A stretch of 34,626 bases of DNA from a virus, in the IMG/VR virus record IMGVR_UViG_3300016665_000058, positions 1-34,626 of that record, one strand, 5' to 3'. Positions 9,195 to 17,479 of this stretch are shown here, piece by piece. Each line of letters begins with the position of its first letter. The first letter of the stretch is position 1. Under the pieces are notes generated by a model. The model made no database searches, was not told the DNA's origin, and worked only from the letters and a program-made list of their open reading frames with translations. A program made the position numbers and the translations under genes.

Positions 9195-9373
9195 TTCTTG
9201 GCCTTCTTTGGTGCTGCTTTTGGAGCCTTGCCGGGCTTGCCAGCAGCTTTGGCCGCCTTGCGAGCGACGTTCAGGGAAACGGCCACGGCCTGCTTTTGAG
9301 GCATGCCAGACTTCATCTCTTTCGAGATGTTCTTGCCGATGGTCTTGCTTGAGTAACCTTTGGTCAGGGGCAT
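9191..9373 (-). CDS. Small basic protein, 60 aa (DUF6496-like)
   Basis: The sequence is MPLTKGYSSKTIGKNISKEMKSGMPQKQAVAVSLNVARKA followed by a KAAKAAGKPGKAPKAAPKKAKK tail. AGGAGACC lies upstream. Confidence 0.6.
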   Translation of the reverse strand: MPLTKGYSSKTIGKNISKEMKSGMPQKQAVAVSLNVARKAAKAAGKPGKAPKAAPKKAKK

Positions 9374-9393
9374 TTTGGTCTCCTATGCAGAAA

Positions 9394-9411
9394 GGGGGGC
9401 CGGAGCCCCCC
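9394..9411 (-). terminator. GC-rich stem-loop immediately downstream of the coat gene (attenuator/RNA-stabilising hairpin)
   Basis: GGGGGGC-CGGA-GCCCCCC forms a perfect 7-bp stem. On the minus strand it is followed by TTTCT only, so the U-tract is weak. Confidence 0.4.
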
Positions 9412-9425
9412 AGTCTTTTGCCAGA

Positions 9426-10709
9426 TTACTGGTTGAACAACAAGATACCGGACATCTCGGGGTTCTTGTTCACCACACCGAACAGGGTGTCCAGACGATA
9501 CTTGATCGTCATGCTGTCGATGTCGTAGAACTTCTGCAGCACCAGCTCGATGCCCTGGTCGGTGCTTGCACGCATCACTGCGACGCCAGCATCGGAAGGC
9601 ACGGCATAGCGGCCAGGCAGAATTTCCAGCGAGTCACGCTGCCAGAACACGTTGACCTGGGCGGTGTTCACGTTCAGCCAGACGATGGCGGCAGTGTTGG
9701 AAGGCGTGGAAACTTCCACGTTCTTGTACTGCAGCTGAGCGTCGGTGGGAGACACACCCTGGGCACCGATGATCGGAGGCGTGATGGTCATGGTCGTGCC
9801 GGAATCCACCGAGACAACGCGGAAGGTCTTGAGCTGACCAGTGCTTTGCTTGGTGATGTGGTGCACGGCATAGACGCCAGCAATCGTGAATGCATCGCCA
9901 GCAGCCACGTTGGTCGTAGACGACACGGTGACGGTCTGGAAACGGTTGTCCACGTTGATCTGGCCGCCGACGGCAGTCGATGTGGCCTGGGGCGTGTAGT
10001 TGGCTTGAGTGCCTGCGCCATCGGTGTCGATGGTGATGGAACCACCACCAGCTGCAGCAGCTTGGCGGTTTGCGTAGTCCATCTTGTAGGTGTCAAAGCC
10101 AGCCACCATGCCGACGTAGGAGCGCTCATAAGCCTTGTCAGACTTCTGATTGCCGAACGAACGAGCGGTGCCAACCAGGTTGCCAGCCAGGCCGTTGTAA
10201 TCGCGGCTGGACAGGGCCATGAAGCGGTCGTAGTCGGGCACGCCTTGCTCGTTCATGATGGCGTCGCACAGGGCCACGTCGTCATAGTCACCGGCAGCGG
10301 CAGCAATCGGCACGACCAAAGAACCCAGGCTCGCAGCCGAGTTCATGATGGCGACGTTGATGTCGGAAGCCAGCTTCTGCTTGGCGCTGTCACCCAGGCG
10401 GCCTTCTTGCAGGGCATCGCGCAGTTCGAGCGAGGTCATTTCCCAAGGCACGGTCTTGCTGAAGCCCAAGGTAGCAGGCACAGCCAGCTGGGTCATGGAC
10501 TTGTAGCCAGAGATCGGAGTACCAGGGGTGCTGTTGATCGACTGGGCGATGTAAGGCTGTGGACGCCAGATGGTGTTGTTGGCACGTTCCATCATCGTCT
10601 GGTCGGTGTTGTAGACCGCGACGTTACGGGACAGAACCAGGGCATCCTGGAAACCTTCCAGGAGGTCTTCGAACGCTACGCGCTCTTCTTTGGAAAAACT
10701 ATTGGCCAT
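9426..10709 (-). CDS. Major capsid (coat) protein, P22 gp5-like, 427 aa
   Basis: The blocks NNTIWRPQP, INVDNRFQTVTVSSTT, AGDAFTIAGV and VNVFWQRDS match P22 coat blocks (SNTIWMP, VNVDNRFATVTLSATT, GDKISFAGV, NVFWADD). It sits after the scaffold gene. Confidence 0.9.
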   Translation of the reverse strand: MANSFSKEERVAFEDLLEGFQDALVLSRNVAVYNTDQTMMERANNTIWRPQPYIAQSINSTPGTPISGYKSMTQLAVPATLGFSKTVPWEMTSLELRDALQEGRLGDSAKQKLASDINVAIMNSAASLGSLVVPIAAAAGDYDDVALCDAIMNEQGVPDYDRFMALSSRDYNGLAGNLVGTARSFGNQKSDKAYERSYVGMVAGFDTYKMDYANRQAAAAGGGSITIDTDGAGTQANYTPQATSTAVGGQINVDNRFQTVTVSSTTNVAAGDAFTIAGVYAVHHITKQSTGQLKTFRVVSVDSGTTMTITPPIIGAQGVSPTDAQLQYKNVEVSTPSNTAAIVWLNVNTAQVNVFWQRDSLEILPGRYAVPSDAGVAVMRASTDQGIELVLQKFYDIDSMTIKYRLDTLFGVVNKNPEMSGILLFNQ

Positions 10710-10731
10710 GATGGGCTCCTATTTCAAAAAA

Positions 10732-11628
10732 TCATTTGGATGCCGCTTGCTTCTGCCGTTTGTACTGGAGCACTTTCGTGTAGTTGCCAGTCTTCTCAGC
10801 TTCAGCTCGCAGCCGTTCAAGGGTTGAGTCCACCGCGCCTGAAACTCGGCCAGTTGAACTGACCATCCTTTCTGGTGCAGGGGCTGCCTTTCGGTTCGTA
10901 ACTTTCAATTCCTTCTCCAGTTTCGCGACCGCAAAGGCAAACTTTACGGGGTCTTCAATCTTGGCCAGCTCTGCCGCCTTCTTCGGGTTTTTGCCGAGTG
11001 CGTAAATCACCAGTGCCGGATTGTCCGCGCCTTGCAGCACAACGCCTTGTTGCGTGATGTTGAAGAGTTCCTGGGCCACAGCCTCGGCATCCTCAAAATC
11101 GCGCACCTTGAGCTCGGCTTTCGCCTTGCCATACCCTGCGAGCTTTTCCTGCCAGGCTTGCTGTTGCGCTTGCTCGGCCTGCTGGGCTTTTTGGGCCTCA
11201 GCATCGGCGTGGCGCTTGCGCTCGAACCAGTCTGCCAGTGCAGTCTCGAATCGGTCTGCGTCGTATTCGTAGTCCTCCAGCTTCGGCTTTGGCCCAAGTG
11301 CGACCGGCTTTTTCTCGGACGTCTGGGTCAGCTTTGCTTCGAGTTCTCGAATGCGTTTTTCCTTCTCACGGTTTGCTTTACGCAGCTCTTTCACCCAACC
11401 AGGTGCCTGAGCGTGCTCATCGGGAGGTGGCGCTTCCTCACCAATGGAAACGATCACTTCGTCTTCGTCGCCTTCGTTTTGATCATCGCCGGATTGCTGG
11501 TCGTTCTGGTCGGTGCCGGAATTTTGCTCGTCACCCACTTGCTCAGAATCGTCCTGGCCATCCTGTTCGTCGATCACCAAGGTTTCGTCGTCGAGGTTCT
11601 CATCTCCTGTTTCTGCCTTTTTGTTCAT
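10732..11628 (-). CDS. Scaffolding protein, 298 aa
   Basis: It lies between portal and coat. It has a very acidic N-terminus, a long charged helical middle (EAQKAQQAEQAQQQAWQEKL) and a basic C-terminus. Confidence 0.75.
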   Translation of the reverse strand: MNKKAETGDENLDDETLVIDEQDGQDDSEQVGDEQNSGTDQNDQQSGDDQNEGDEDEVIVSIGEEAPPPDEHAQAPGWVKELRKANREKEKRIRELEAKLTQTSEKKPVALGPKPKLEDYEYDADRFETALADWFERKRHADAEAQKAQQAEQAQQQAWQEKLAGYGKAKAELKVRDFEDAEAVAQELFNITQQGVVLQGADNPALVIYALGKNPKKAAELAKIEDPVKFAFAVAKLEKELKVTNRKAAPAPERMVSSTGRVSGAVDSTLERLRAEAEKTGNYTKVLQYKRQKQAASK

Positions 11629-11705
11629 TCAAATACCCCATTTAACTCATCCACTTCAAACGGCTGGATGGATACCGTGTACCCACATTCTCCATCAAAT
11701 CGATG

Positions 11706-13772
11706 TCATCTGACAACAGGCTGCACTTGTTCACCAAGTGACGCCTGCTCCAGTGCATCGATTGTGGTCAATGCGATGTTCTGATCAATCTCGCTGGCCT
11801 TGGCCATGGTCTCTGCCGTGCGTGCGCGTGAAAGCTCCGCGTCGGCCACGGTCTTGATGGTGTCGGCGCGTGCCTTGGCAGCCTTGGCCACAGCTTCCTC
11901 GGCGGCAGCCTGCAGGAAGATAGCGTTCGGGTCTTGCTGCTGGCCACGGGCTTCCATTTCGGCCATCATGGCTTCGGCTTCCTGCTCTGTCGGTTTTACG
12001 ACACCCATGCGAATCAGGCGTTGGCGGAAGTAGTTTTGCACCTCGCTGACGCCTTCGCCTTCCATGTTCATCATGGCCATGGCACCGAGAACCTGCAGGG
12101 TCTCTGGGTCTTGAGTGATCTGCATCATGCCGGTCAGGGCGCGAACGGTAGCCGCACGACGGGAGCTGGATGACGGGCCGACGTCCACGTCCACGTCGAA
12201 CTTAGCCGCGCCCAGGTCGTTGGCCATCTTGACCTCGCCAGTCTCCTGGTCGACCATGGGCTGCATCAAGGTCACGGAGTCGGTTTCGCCGCTCTCGGTG
12301 ATCACCTTCATCTTGCGGCCTTCCTCGATGTAGATGTCCTTGGCAATGGACAGCCAGACCTCTCCGCAGCGCTTCATGGCCTTGGCAAAGTTGCTCATGT
12401 AGATGAACGTCTGCATGTCCAGCTTCTGCTGGATCATCTCCACGGCCTTGCCGCTGATGTTGCTCACCAGCTTTTCGCCTGCCTGCTGGTTGCCCAGAAT
12501 GTCCTGCATGTCCTGCTCGGTCACTTGCAGCAGGGCTGCCATGGCCGGAGGCACGTTCGGGGCGCGGGTGTAGGCCACAGGGCCGCTGACCGTCTGGCTG
12601 CCGTCCGGGCCGGTGATCGGATTGATCAGCAGGTACGGGTAGTCCTTGAGGTTGTCCTCTGACCACATGACCTGGTGGCCAGCCACCTGCTCAGGCGTGA
12701 GGATCGGCTTCTCAACGCTGGACAGGGCGCTGATCTCGCCCAGCTTGGACAGCTGCATGTTCTTGAGTCGCTGCGCGTCCTTGGCAAGGCGCACGTGGCC
12801 CATGCAGCGCTCGACGTTATCCACAAACCAGCGCTTGCCGTAGACCGGAATGATCGGGATGCACTTGCCTGCGATGTAGCCGCAGTCCTCGAGCACCTTG
12901 CCACCGGACATGATGTACTTGTGCACCTTGCGCGACTTGATCTTGCGCTGGCGCACTTCGATGCTGCCAATGGCTGCAAGGGTGTTTTCCAGTTCCGGGT
13001 CTTCCTCGAAGTCCTTGGCGCGGTAGCGTTCCTCGGTGCCGTCGATGGCACGGAACACGCGAATGGTCTCGGTGACGTCCTCGACCTTGTAGTACTCAGC
13101 GATGTAGACCACATCGGGCGTGGCCCAGTCGAATTCGTACTGGTGGATGATCTTCGGCCAGTCGGTCGGGTCGTCGTTCCACTCTTCCTTGTAGCTCTCG
13201 CGGGTCATCGAATAGATGACGTAGCAGAAACGGGCGTCGGCCTTGTCCTGGCGCTTGGCGTTCAGGTCAAAGAACACGGAACTGTCAGCGTCAAAGATCG
13301 GCTCGATCTGGATGCGCTGGCGCTCGTTTTCCTCGTCCTCGTCGTCCTCATAGACCGTGCGCAGACGCCAGGCACCAAAGCCACCGCCGACCGCTTCCTC
13401 AAAAGCGTTGTCGTAGGCTTCGTCGGCCACGCTGTCGTGCTCGTCGGCGCGGTACAGGCCGTCACAGGTCTCGGCCAGCTTGTCGTCCTTTGCGCCATCC
13501 TTGGACACGTAGTCCACGGTGATGCGGTTGTTGCGGTATTCCGAGATGATTCGCATGACCGACAGCGCGATCTTGTTCACCTCGAACTTGGGCTTGTTCT
13601 CGTAGATGTCCCAGAGTGGGCCTTCCCATTGAGCGCCGGAGATCGAATAGAAGCGCCGGTCTTGCAGGCACTGCAGGCGCTCGTCTCTCAGCGCCGTTTG
13701 TACGTCATCGAATTGCGCGAGCGCTTCTGAGTGAAGGTTCGCCAATCGCTGCTCTTTGGAAATGCGTGCCAT
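11706..13772 (-). CDS. Portal protein, P22 gp1-like, 688 aa
   Basis: The blocks GGGFGAWRLRTVYEDDED, DARFCYVIYSM, IAEYYKVED, CIPIIPVYG, VRLAKDAQRLKNM and DYPYLLINP parallel P22 gp1. It has a helical Ala-rich C-terminal barrel-like tail. Confidence 0.9.
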   Translation of the reverse strand: MARISKEQRLANLHSEALAQFDDVQTALRDERLQCLQDRRFYSISGAQWEGPLWDIYENKPKFEVNKIALSVMRIISEYRNNRITVDYVSKDGAKDDKLAETCDGLYRADEHDSVADEAYDNAFEEAVGGGFGAWRLRTVYEDDEDEENERQRIQIEPIFDADSSVFFDLNAKRQDKADARFCYVIYSMTRESYKEEWNDDPTDWPKIIHQYEFDWATPDVVYIAEYYKVEDVTETIRVFRAIDGTEERYRAKDFEEDPELENTLAAIGSIEVRQRKIKSRKVHKYIMSGGKVLEDCGYIAGKCIPIIPVYGKRWFVDNVERCMGHVRLAKDAQRLKNMQLSKLGEISALSSVEKPILTPEQVAGHQVMWSEDNLKDYPYLLINPITGPDGSQTVSGPVAYTRAPNVPPAMAALLQVTEQDMQDILGNQQAGEKLVSNISGKAVEMIQQKLDMQTFIYMSNFAKAMKRCGEVWLSIAKDIYIEEGRKMKVITESGETDSVTLMQPMVDQETGEVKMANDLGAAKFDVDVDVGPSSSSRRAATVRALTGMMQITQDPETLQVLGAMAMMNMEGEGVSEVQNYFRQRLIRMGVVKPTEQEAEAMMAEMEARGQQQDPNAIFLQAAAEEAVAKAAKARADTIKTVADAELSRARTAETMAKASEIDQNIALTTIDALEQASLGEQVQPVVR

Positions 13773-13799
13773 ATTTTTGCCCTCGTTTCAAGTATTTTC

Positions 13800-15266
13800 T
13801 CACCATTTGTTCTTGACTGGCAATGGCACGAAGCTGGCTGGCTTGGTGGCCGGTAGCTTCTGCACCAGGTTGATCGCGTCGAACATAGGGTCGAGCTGGT
13901 CGTCGTGAGCGCCAGCAGGGAAGGCCGCAACCTCGGCCAGGAAGTCGGAAAGCCAAGGCGCGTCCTGCGGAAGCACCACGTTGCCGGACTCGATGAACGG
14001 GGCCGCGTCGTGTGCCCGGCTGATCTTGTCCTTGTTGCGTTGCACCGGCACAACTGGGATGCCTTCGCGCCGCAGCGTCTGGATCAGGCCAGTGCCGGAC
14101 ACCTTGTCCTCGACGTACATCCCTCGCAGGGTCGCGGCCTGGTACGGTGGCCGCATGTCGTTGAGGTGCTTGAGCCAGAAGGCACGAGCGTTCACCAGCA
14201 GTTCTGGAGCCTCCCACTTGCCGCGCACCTGGTCGAGCTTGACCGCCTGTCCAACGGTCGAACGTGCCCAGCACTGCAGCACCGACCAATCGTTGTGGTC
14301 GGCTGTCTTCTGGGCCGTGTCCACGGTGATGAAGCGGAACTCGAGCTGCGGGACGCTGGCCCAATACTTGAACCACTCGGTGTTGATGATGCCGCCACCA
14401 CGGGGCGCAGGCCGCTGCTGGAGCTGTCCGGCCGTGCCGTAGGGGCCGAGGGTTTTCTCCAGCTCGGACACTTGGGCTTCACCAAAGCGCTCGGGGAACA
14501 TCAGCTCGCCTTCCTTGGTGCGCGGGTCAGTCCAGCCGATGCTGGTGGTGCAGCGGTGCTCAGGCTCGAAGCGCATCGGGATGCACAGGTGCACGTAAGG
14601 CAAGCCCATGTCCTTGATGACGCCGGAGATGTCCTTCTCGTTCAGGCGCTGCATGATGACCACGATGGCCGACTTGTCGGAGTTGACGCGGGTCGGCAGC
14701 GTCTCGGTGAAAGCAATCTTGGCTGCCTCCAGCTTGGCCTGGCTGTTGGCGTTGTCTGCGCTGATCGGGTCGTCCAGGATGACGCGGTCGCCACGCACGC
14801 CGGTCATGCTGGTGAAGGCTCTGGCCTGGCGCACGCCTTTGCGGGTATTCCCGAACTCGCGCTTGCCGTCCAGGTCAGCCAGCAGCTCGATCGGCCAGAG
14901 CTTCTGGAACCAGTCGGACTTGATCAGGTCGCGGCAGCGTCGGCTGTCCCGGATGGCAAGCTGCTCTTCGTGGGCTGTGCCGACAAAGCGCATCTCAGGC
15001 ATATCCCGAGGCCCCCACTCCCAGGCTGGCCAGATCACGCCGGTCAGCAGGGATTTCATGGAGCCGGGTGGCACGTTCATCAGCAGGCGGTTGATCTCGC
15101 CATTGGTCACGGCCTCGAGGTGCAGGCAGATGGCGTCCAGCGCCCATCCCCACTTCAGATCGGCAGCCGGTTCAAGCACGCGCCAGGCACGCTTGGCAAA
15201 CTCGGCCAGGCTTCTCCTGCACAGCTCGCGCTCAATGGCCAGCAGGTCAGCTTCGGTCAGTAACAT
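13800..15266 (-). CDS. terL: Terminase large subunit, 488 aa
   Basis: The ATG at 15266 (MLLTEADLLAIE) overlaps the terS end by 20 nt. It has a Walker-A-like NVPPGSMKS, a Walker-B-like DRVILDDP, and a C-terminal nuclease region with ITVDTA and HDDQLD. Confidence 0.88.
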   Translation of the reverse strand: MLLTEADLLAIERELCRRSLAEFAKRAWRVLEPAADLKWGWALDAICLHLEAVTNGEINRLLMNVPPGSMKSLLTGVIWPAWEWGPRDMPEMRFVGTAHEEQLAIRDSRRCRDLIKSDWFQKLWPIELLADLDGKREFGNTRKGVRQARAFTSMTGVRGDRVILDDPISADNANSQAKLEAAKIAFTETLPTRVNSDKSAIVVIMQRLNEKDISGVIKDMGLPYVHLCIPMRFEPEHRCTTSIGWTDPRTKEGELMFPERFGEAQVSELEKTLGPYGTAGQLQQRPAPRGGGIINTEWFKYWASVPQLEFRFITVDTAQKTADHNDWSVLQCWARSTVGQAVKLDQVRGKWEAPELLVNARAFWLKHLNDMRPPYQAATLRGMYVEDKVSGTGLIQTLRREGIPVVPVQRNKDKISRAHDAAPFIESGNVVLPQDAPWLSDFLAEVAAFPAGAHDDQLDPMFDAINLVQKLPATKPASFVPLPVKNKW

Positions 15267-15753
15267 CGTCTTTGGCCGCGATGATCTGCGCCAGCACGTC
15301 TGTGGATAACTTGGAGGCGTCGATGGTCTGCACTTGCAGCGGGTTTTCCTTGTCGCCTGCCAGCTCCAGCCGGTCGCCGTACTTTTTCGGGGCCAGCTTG
15401 GAAAGCAGCCATTTTCGGCTGTCCACTTGCAGTTTTCGCTGTTGGATGGCCTGCCAGTCGCGTTTTCCGTCTCCAGTCTCAGGGACTTCGCTGTCAGCCA
15501 GCTCCAGCACCTCATTGGCCATGCGCTCGATCAAGTCTTCCCTCGCGTGCGCGTAGTCTTCCGCAAGTTTCGCGTCAGCATCCACCCATCGATTGAACGT
15601 GCTTTGCGGAACTCCGGCTGCTTGGCAAGCCTTGAAAGCGCTCAGGCCGTCTCTCATCCCTTGCAGGACAGCTTGGCAGATGGCGTCTTTGTCTCGCTCA
15701 GGCTTTGCTGGTTTCGCTGTTTTTTTTGGATTTTCAGTGCGTTTTGTTGCCAT
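15247..15753 (-). CDS. terS: Terminase small subunit, 168 aa
   Basis: It has an N-terminal HTH (GLSAFKACQAAGVPQSTFNRW) and the typical DSRKWLLSKLAPKKYGDR block. It lies directly upstream of terL. Confidence 0.85.
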   Translation of the reverse strand: MATKRTENPKKTAKPAKPERDKDAICQAVLQGMRDGLSAFKACQAAGVPQSTFNRWVDADAKLAEDYAHAREDLIERMANEVLELADSEVPETGDGKRDWQAIQQRKLQVDSRKWLLSKLAPKKYGDRLELAGDKENPLQVQTIDASKLSTDVLAQIIAAKDDVTDRS

Positions 15754-16485
15754 AGTGCTCCCCTGATGTCAAAACTCGCATTGCTCGTGCAGCCACTGCT
15801 GGAACCCATCCATTGCCAGTGGCTTTGAGTCCGTCCATCCCTCTGGCCACATCATCAGGATTTCTTGGCATCGAGGCGTAGTCATCCGCTGATAGAGTCG
15901 CATCAACTGCTCTTGCAAATTGCCGTCTGCGTGATTGACGCGGATCAACTTCAACGGGTTTCGGAAAGTCCAAGCCTTCCAAGACTGCGCTGTCGGTGTA
16001 AGCAACCAAGTAAAACCGTGCTCTGTGGTGCGCTGCTCCAATGGTGGACGCGTAAAACACTCCCCATCTTGCATCAAACCCCATTCCGGCCAAGTCTGCG
16101 AGAACTCTTCCAAGCCCCCGAGAAGTGAGCATTGGCGAGTTTTCCACAAGAACGAGTTTTGGTCGAGCTTCACGAATGATTCTGGCCATCTCCACCCAAA
16201 GTCCCGATCTTGCGCCATCAAGTCCGGCCCCCCCCCGCACTGGCTGATGTCTTGGCATGGGAATCCACCAGTGACGACGTCGACAGTTCCTGCCCATGCT
16301 TTTCCGTTGAATGTTCGGACGTCATTCCAGATTGGGAATTGTTCAATGACTCCATCGCGCATTCTGTCAAGCATGATTTTGCGAGCTCCGGCATCAATTT
16401 CAACAGCGCAGACGGTGCGCCATCCAAGCAGCTTTCCTGCCAAGACGCTGCCACCCCCTCCTGCAAATAATGCCAGCTCATTCAT
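15734..16485 (-). CDS. dcm: DNA (cytosine-5)-methyltransferase interrupted by a frameshift in a G9 run (about 250 aa if repaired)
   Basis: The frame from ATG 16485 gives LFAGGGG (motif I) and GGFPCQDIS (motif IV). The -1 frame from the G run gives RSGLW, VLVENSPML (VI), HHRARFYLVAY (VIII) and GNGWVPAVA (X), and it ends 20 nt inside terS. Confidence 0.85.
16228..16236 (-). repeat. Homopolymer G9 on the coding strand (C9 on the + strand) at the frame switch of the methyltransferase
   Basis: I counted nine consecutive C at 16228-16236. On the minus strand this reads cag tgc ggg ggg ggg ccg. Confidence 0.95.
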
Positions 16486-16494
16486 TGTCACCTT

Positions 16495-17001
16495 TCAAAT
16501 GTGCTTCCAAGTCTTGCGCGTGATCACTTGCGCGATGGTCATCAAGCTGACGCCATACTCTGTGGCCAGCTTGGCGTAACTGATCTGCGGCGATCTGCCA
16601 CGAATCTCAAGCACATCCTTTTCGGTCAATTTTGCGCACCAAATTTGCGTTCCTTTTGGCTGCGTTCCATGCCCAATCTTGTGTGAATTGTTCTCGATTG
16701 GCGTAGCGTAGGCCAAATTTGTCAGGCGGTTGTTTGTCTGGTCTCCATCCAAGTGCGCCACCTCCATGCCATCAGGGCAGTCGCCACAGAAAGCCTGCAT
16801 CACAGCCCGGTGAACTTTCCATTGCTTGACCTTGCCATCCTTGCGAGCGTTGAACACCATGCGGCCACCATGATCAATTGATGGGCTGAGCTGGCGCATT
16901 GCTCTTGTGCCTTTGCCGGGGCTGATACGCCGCACGTTCCCATGGTCTGATACTTCATAGGCCTCAAATCCGGGTAATGGTTTCCACTGTTCTGCATCCA
17001 T
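16495..17001 (-). CDS. Free-standing HNH homing endonuclease (NUMOD4-like N-terminus, HNH_3 core, C-terminal HTH), 168 aa
   Basis: The sequence shows MDAEQWKPLPGFEAYEVSDHGNVRR, VHRAVMQAF, VAHLDGDQTNNRLTNL, ENN and a C-terminal YGVSLMTIAQVITRKTWKHI. The region is lower in GC than its flanks. The ORF-track start at 17037 is a TTG. Confidence 0.85.
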   Translation of the reverse strand: MDAEQWKPLPGFEAYEVSDHGNVRRISPGKGTRAMRQLSPSIDHGGRMVFNARKDGKVKQWKVHRAVMQAFCGDCPDGMEVAHLDGDQTNNRLTNLAYATPIENNSHKIGHGTQPKGTQIWCAKLTEKDVLEIRGRSPQISYAKLATEYGVSLMTIAQVITRKTWKHI

Positions 17002-17007
17002 GCAACC

Positions 17008-17037
17008 ATTATAAAGCATTTGCGCAACTATTTTCAA
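17008..17037 (-). promoter_or_regulatory. Near-consensus sigma70-type promoter TTGAAA-18-TATAAT ending 6 nt before the HNH ATG (leaderless transcript predicted)
   Basis: The minus strand reads ccaTTGAAAatagttgcgcaaatgcttTATAATggttgcATGgat. The predicted start coincides with the A of the ATG at 17001. Confidence 0.4.
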
Positions 17038-17372
17038 TGGCTTATTTCAACGAGGACAAAGCCGCCGACGCCTTCGCCCTTTTGGATTGTCAGAGACCAG
17101 TGTTTGTCGTCAACCTTGAGCACGTCGGCCAGTCCATCGAGACCGGCTTTCATGCGTGCCAAGGCGTTGTCGAGATCGTAGGCCCTGCGGGTTGGCGGGA
17201 CAAACGTCAGCGTGAGGTGCAGCTTTTCGGCCTGGACGGGTCTTGCGCCCTGCTCCATTGCCTGCCAGAAACAGGCCTCGCGGTACTGCTTTTTGAGCTT
17301 GGCGGTCTTGGCCCAGTGGTTTCTGGCGTTCGGGCTGAGGCCGGTTGGCGGCCAGGACAGTTGGATGTTCAT
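17034..17372 (-). CDS. rusA: RusA-like Holliday junction resolvase, 112 aa
   Basis: The sequence MNIQLSWPPTGLSPNARNHW...PPTRRAYDLDNALARMKAGLDGLAD...DDKHW parallels E. coli RusA (LPWPPS.N, RRRDLDN, DD). Confidence 0.8.
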   Translation of the reverse strand: MNIQLSWPPTGLSPNARNHWAKTAKLKKQYREACFWQAMEQGARPVQAEKLHLTLTFVPPTRRAYDLDNALARMKAGLDGLADVLKVDDKHWSLTIQKGEGVGGFVLVEISH

Positions 17373-17479
17373 TTCCACCGCCTCCAGACGAGCCAGGCCC
17401 ACAAAGCCACCACGCCCCACCACTGGCCAAGTGCAACAAGTGCAACGGTCAGCAGGATGAGCCAGAACTGCTCAGTCAT
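17369..17479 (-). CDS. Small membrane protein, 36 aa
   Basis: The sequence is MTEQFWLILLTVALVALGQWWGVVALWAWLVWRRWK. It is translationally coupled at both ends (8-nt and ATGA overlaps). Confidence 0.45.
   Translation of the reverse strand: MTEQFWLILLTVALVALGQWWGVVALWAWLVWRRWK

Noticed and set aside
9360-10862. 500-aa plus-strand ORF opposite the coat gene
   Set aside because: It is antisense to a clear P22-like coat protein. Its composition is an artefact of high GC, with no motif and no ribosome-binding site. The same reasoning applies to 6094-7179, 12675-13730 and 13905-15263 on the plus strand.
15267-15515. 83-codon N-terminal extension of the terminase large subunit in the ORF track
   Set aside because: The extension lies entirely inside terS in another frame and is Trp/Cys/Arg-rich. 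The ATG at 15266 (MLLTEADLLAIE...) gives a normal 488-aa TerL with the usual short overlap with terS.
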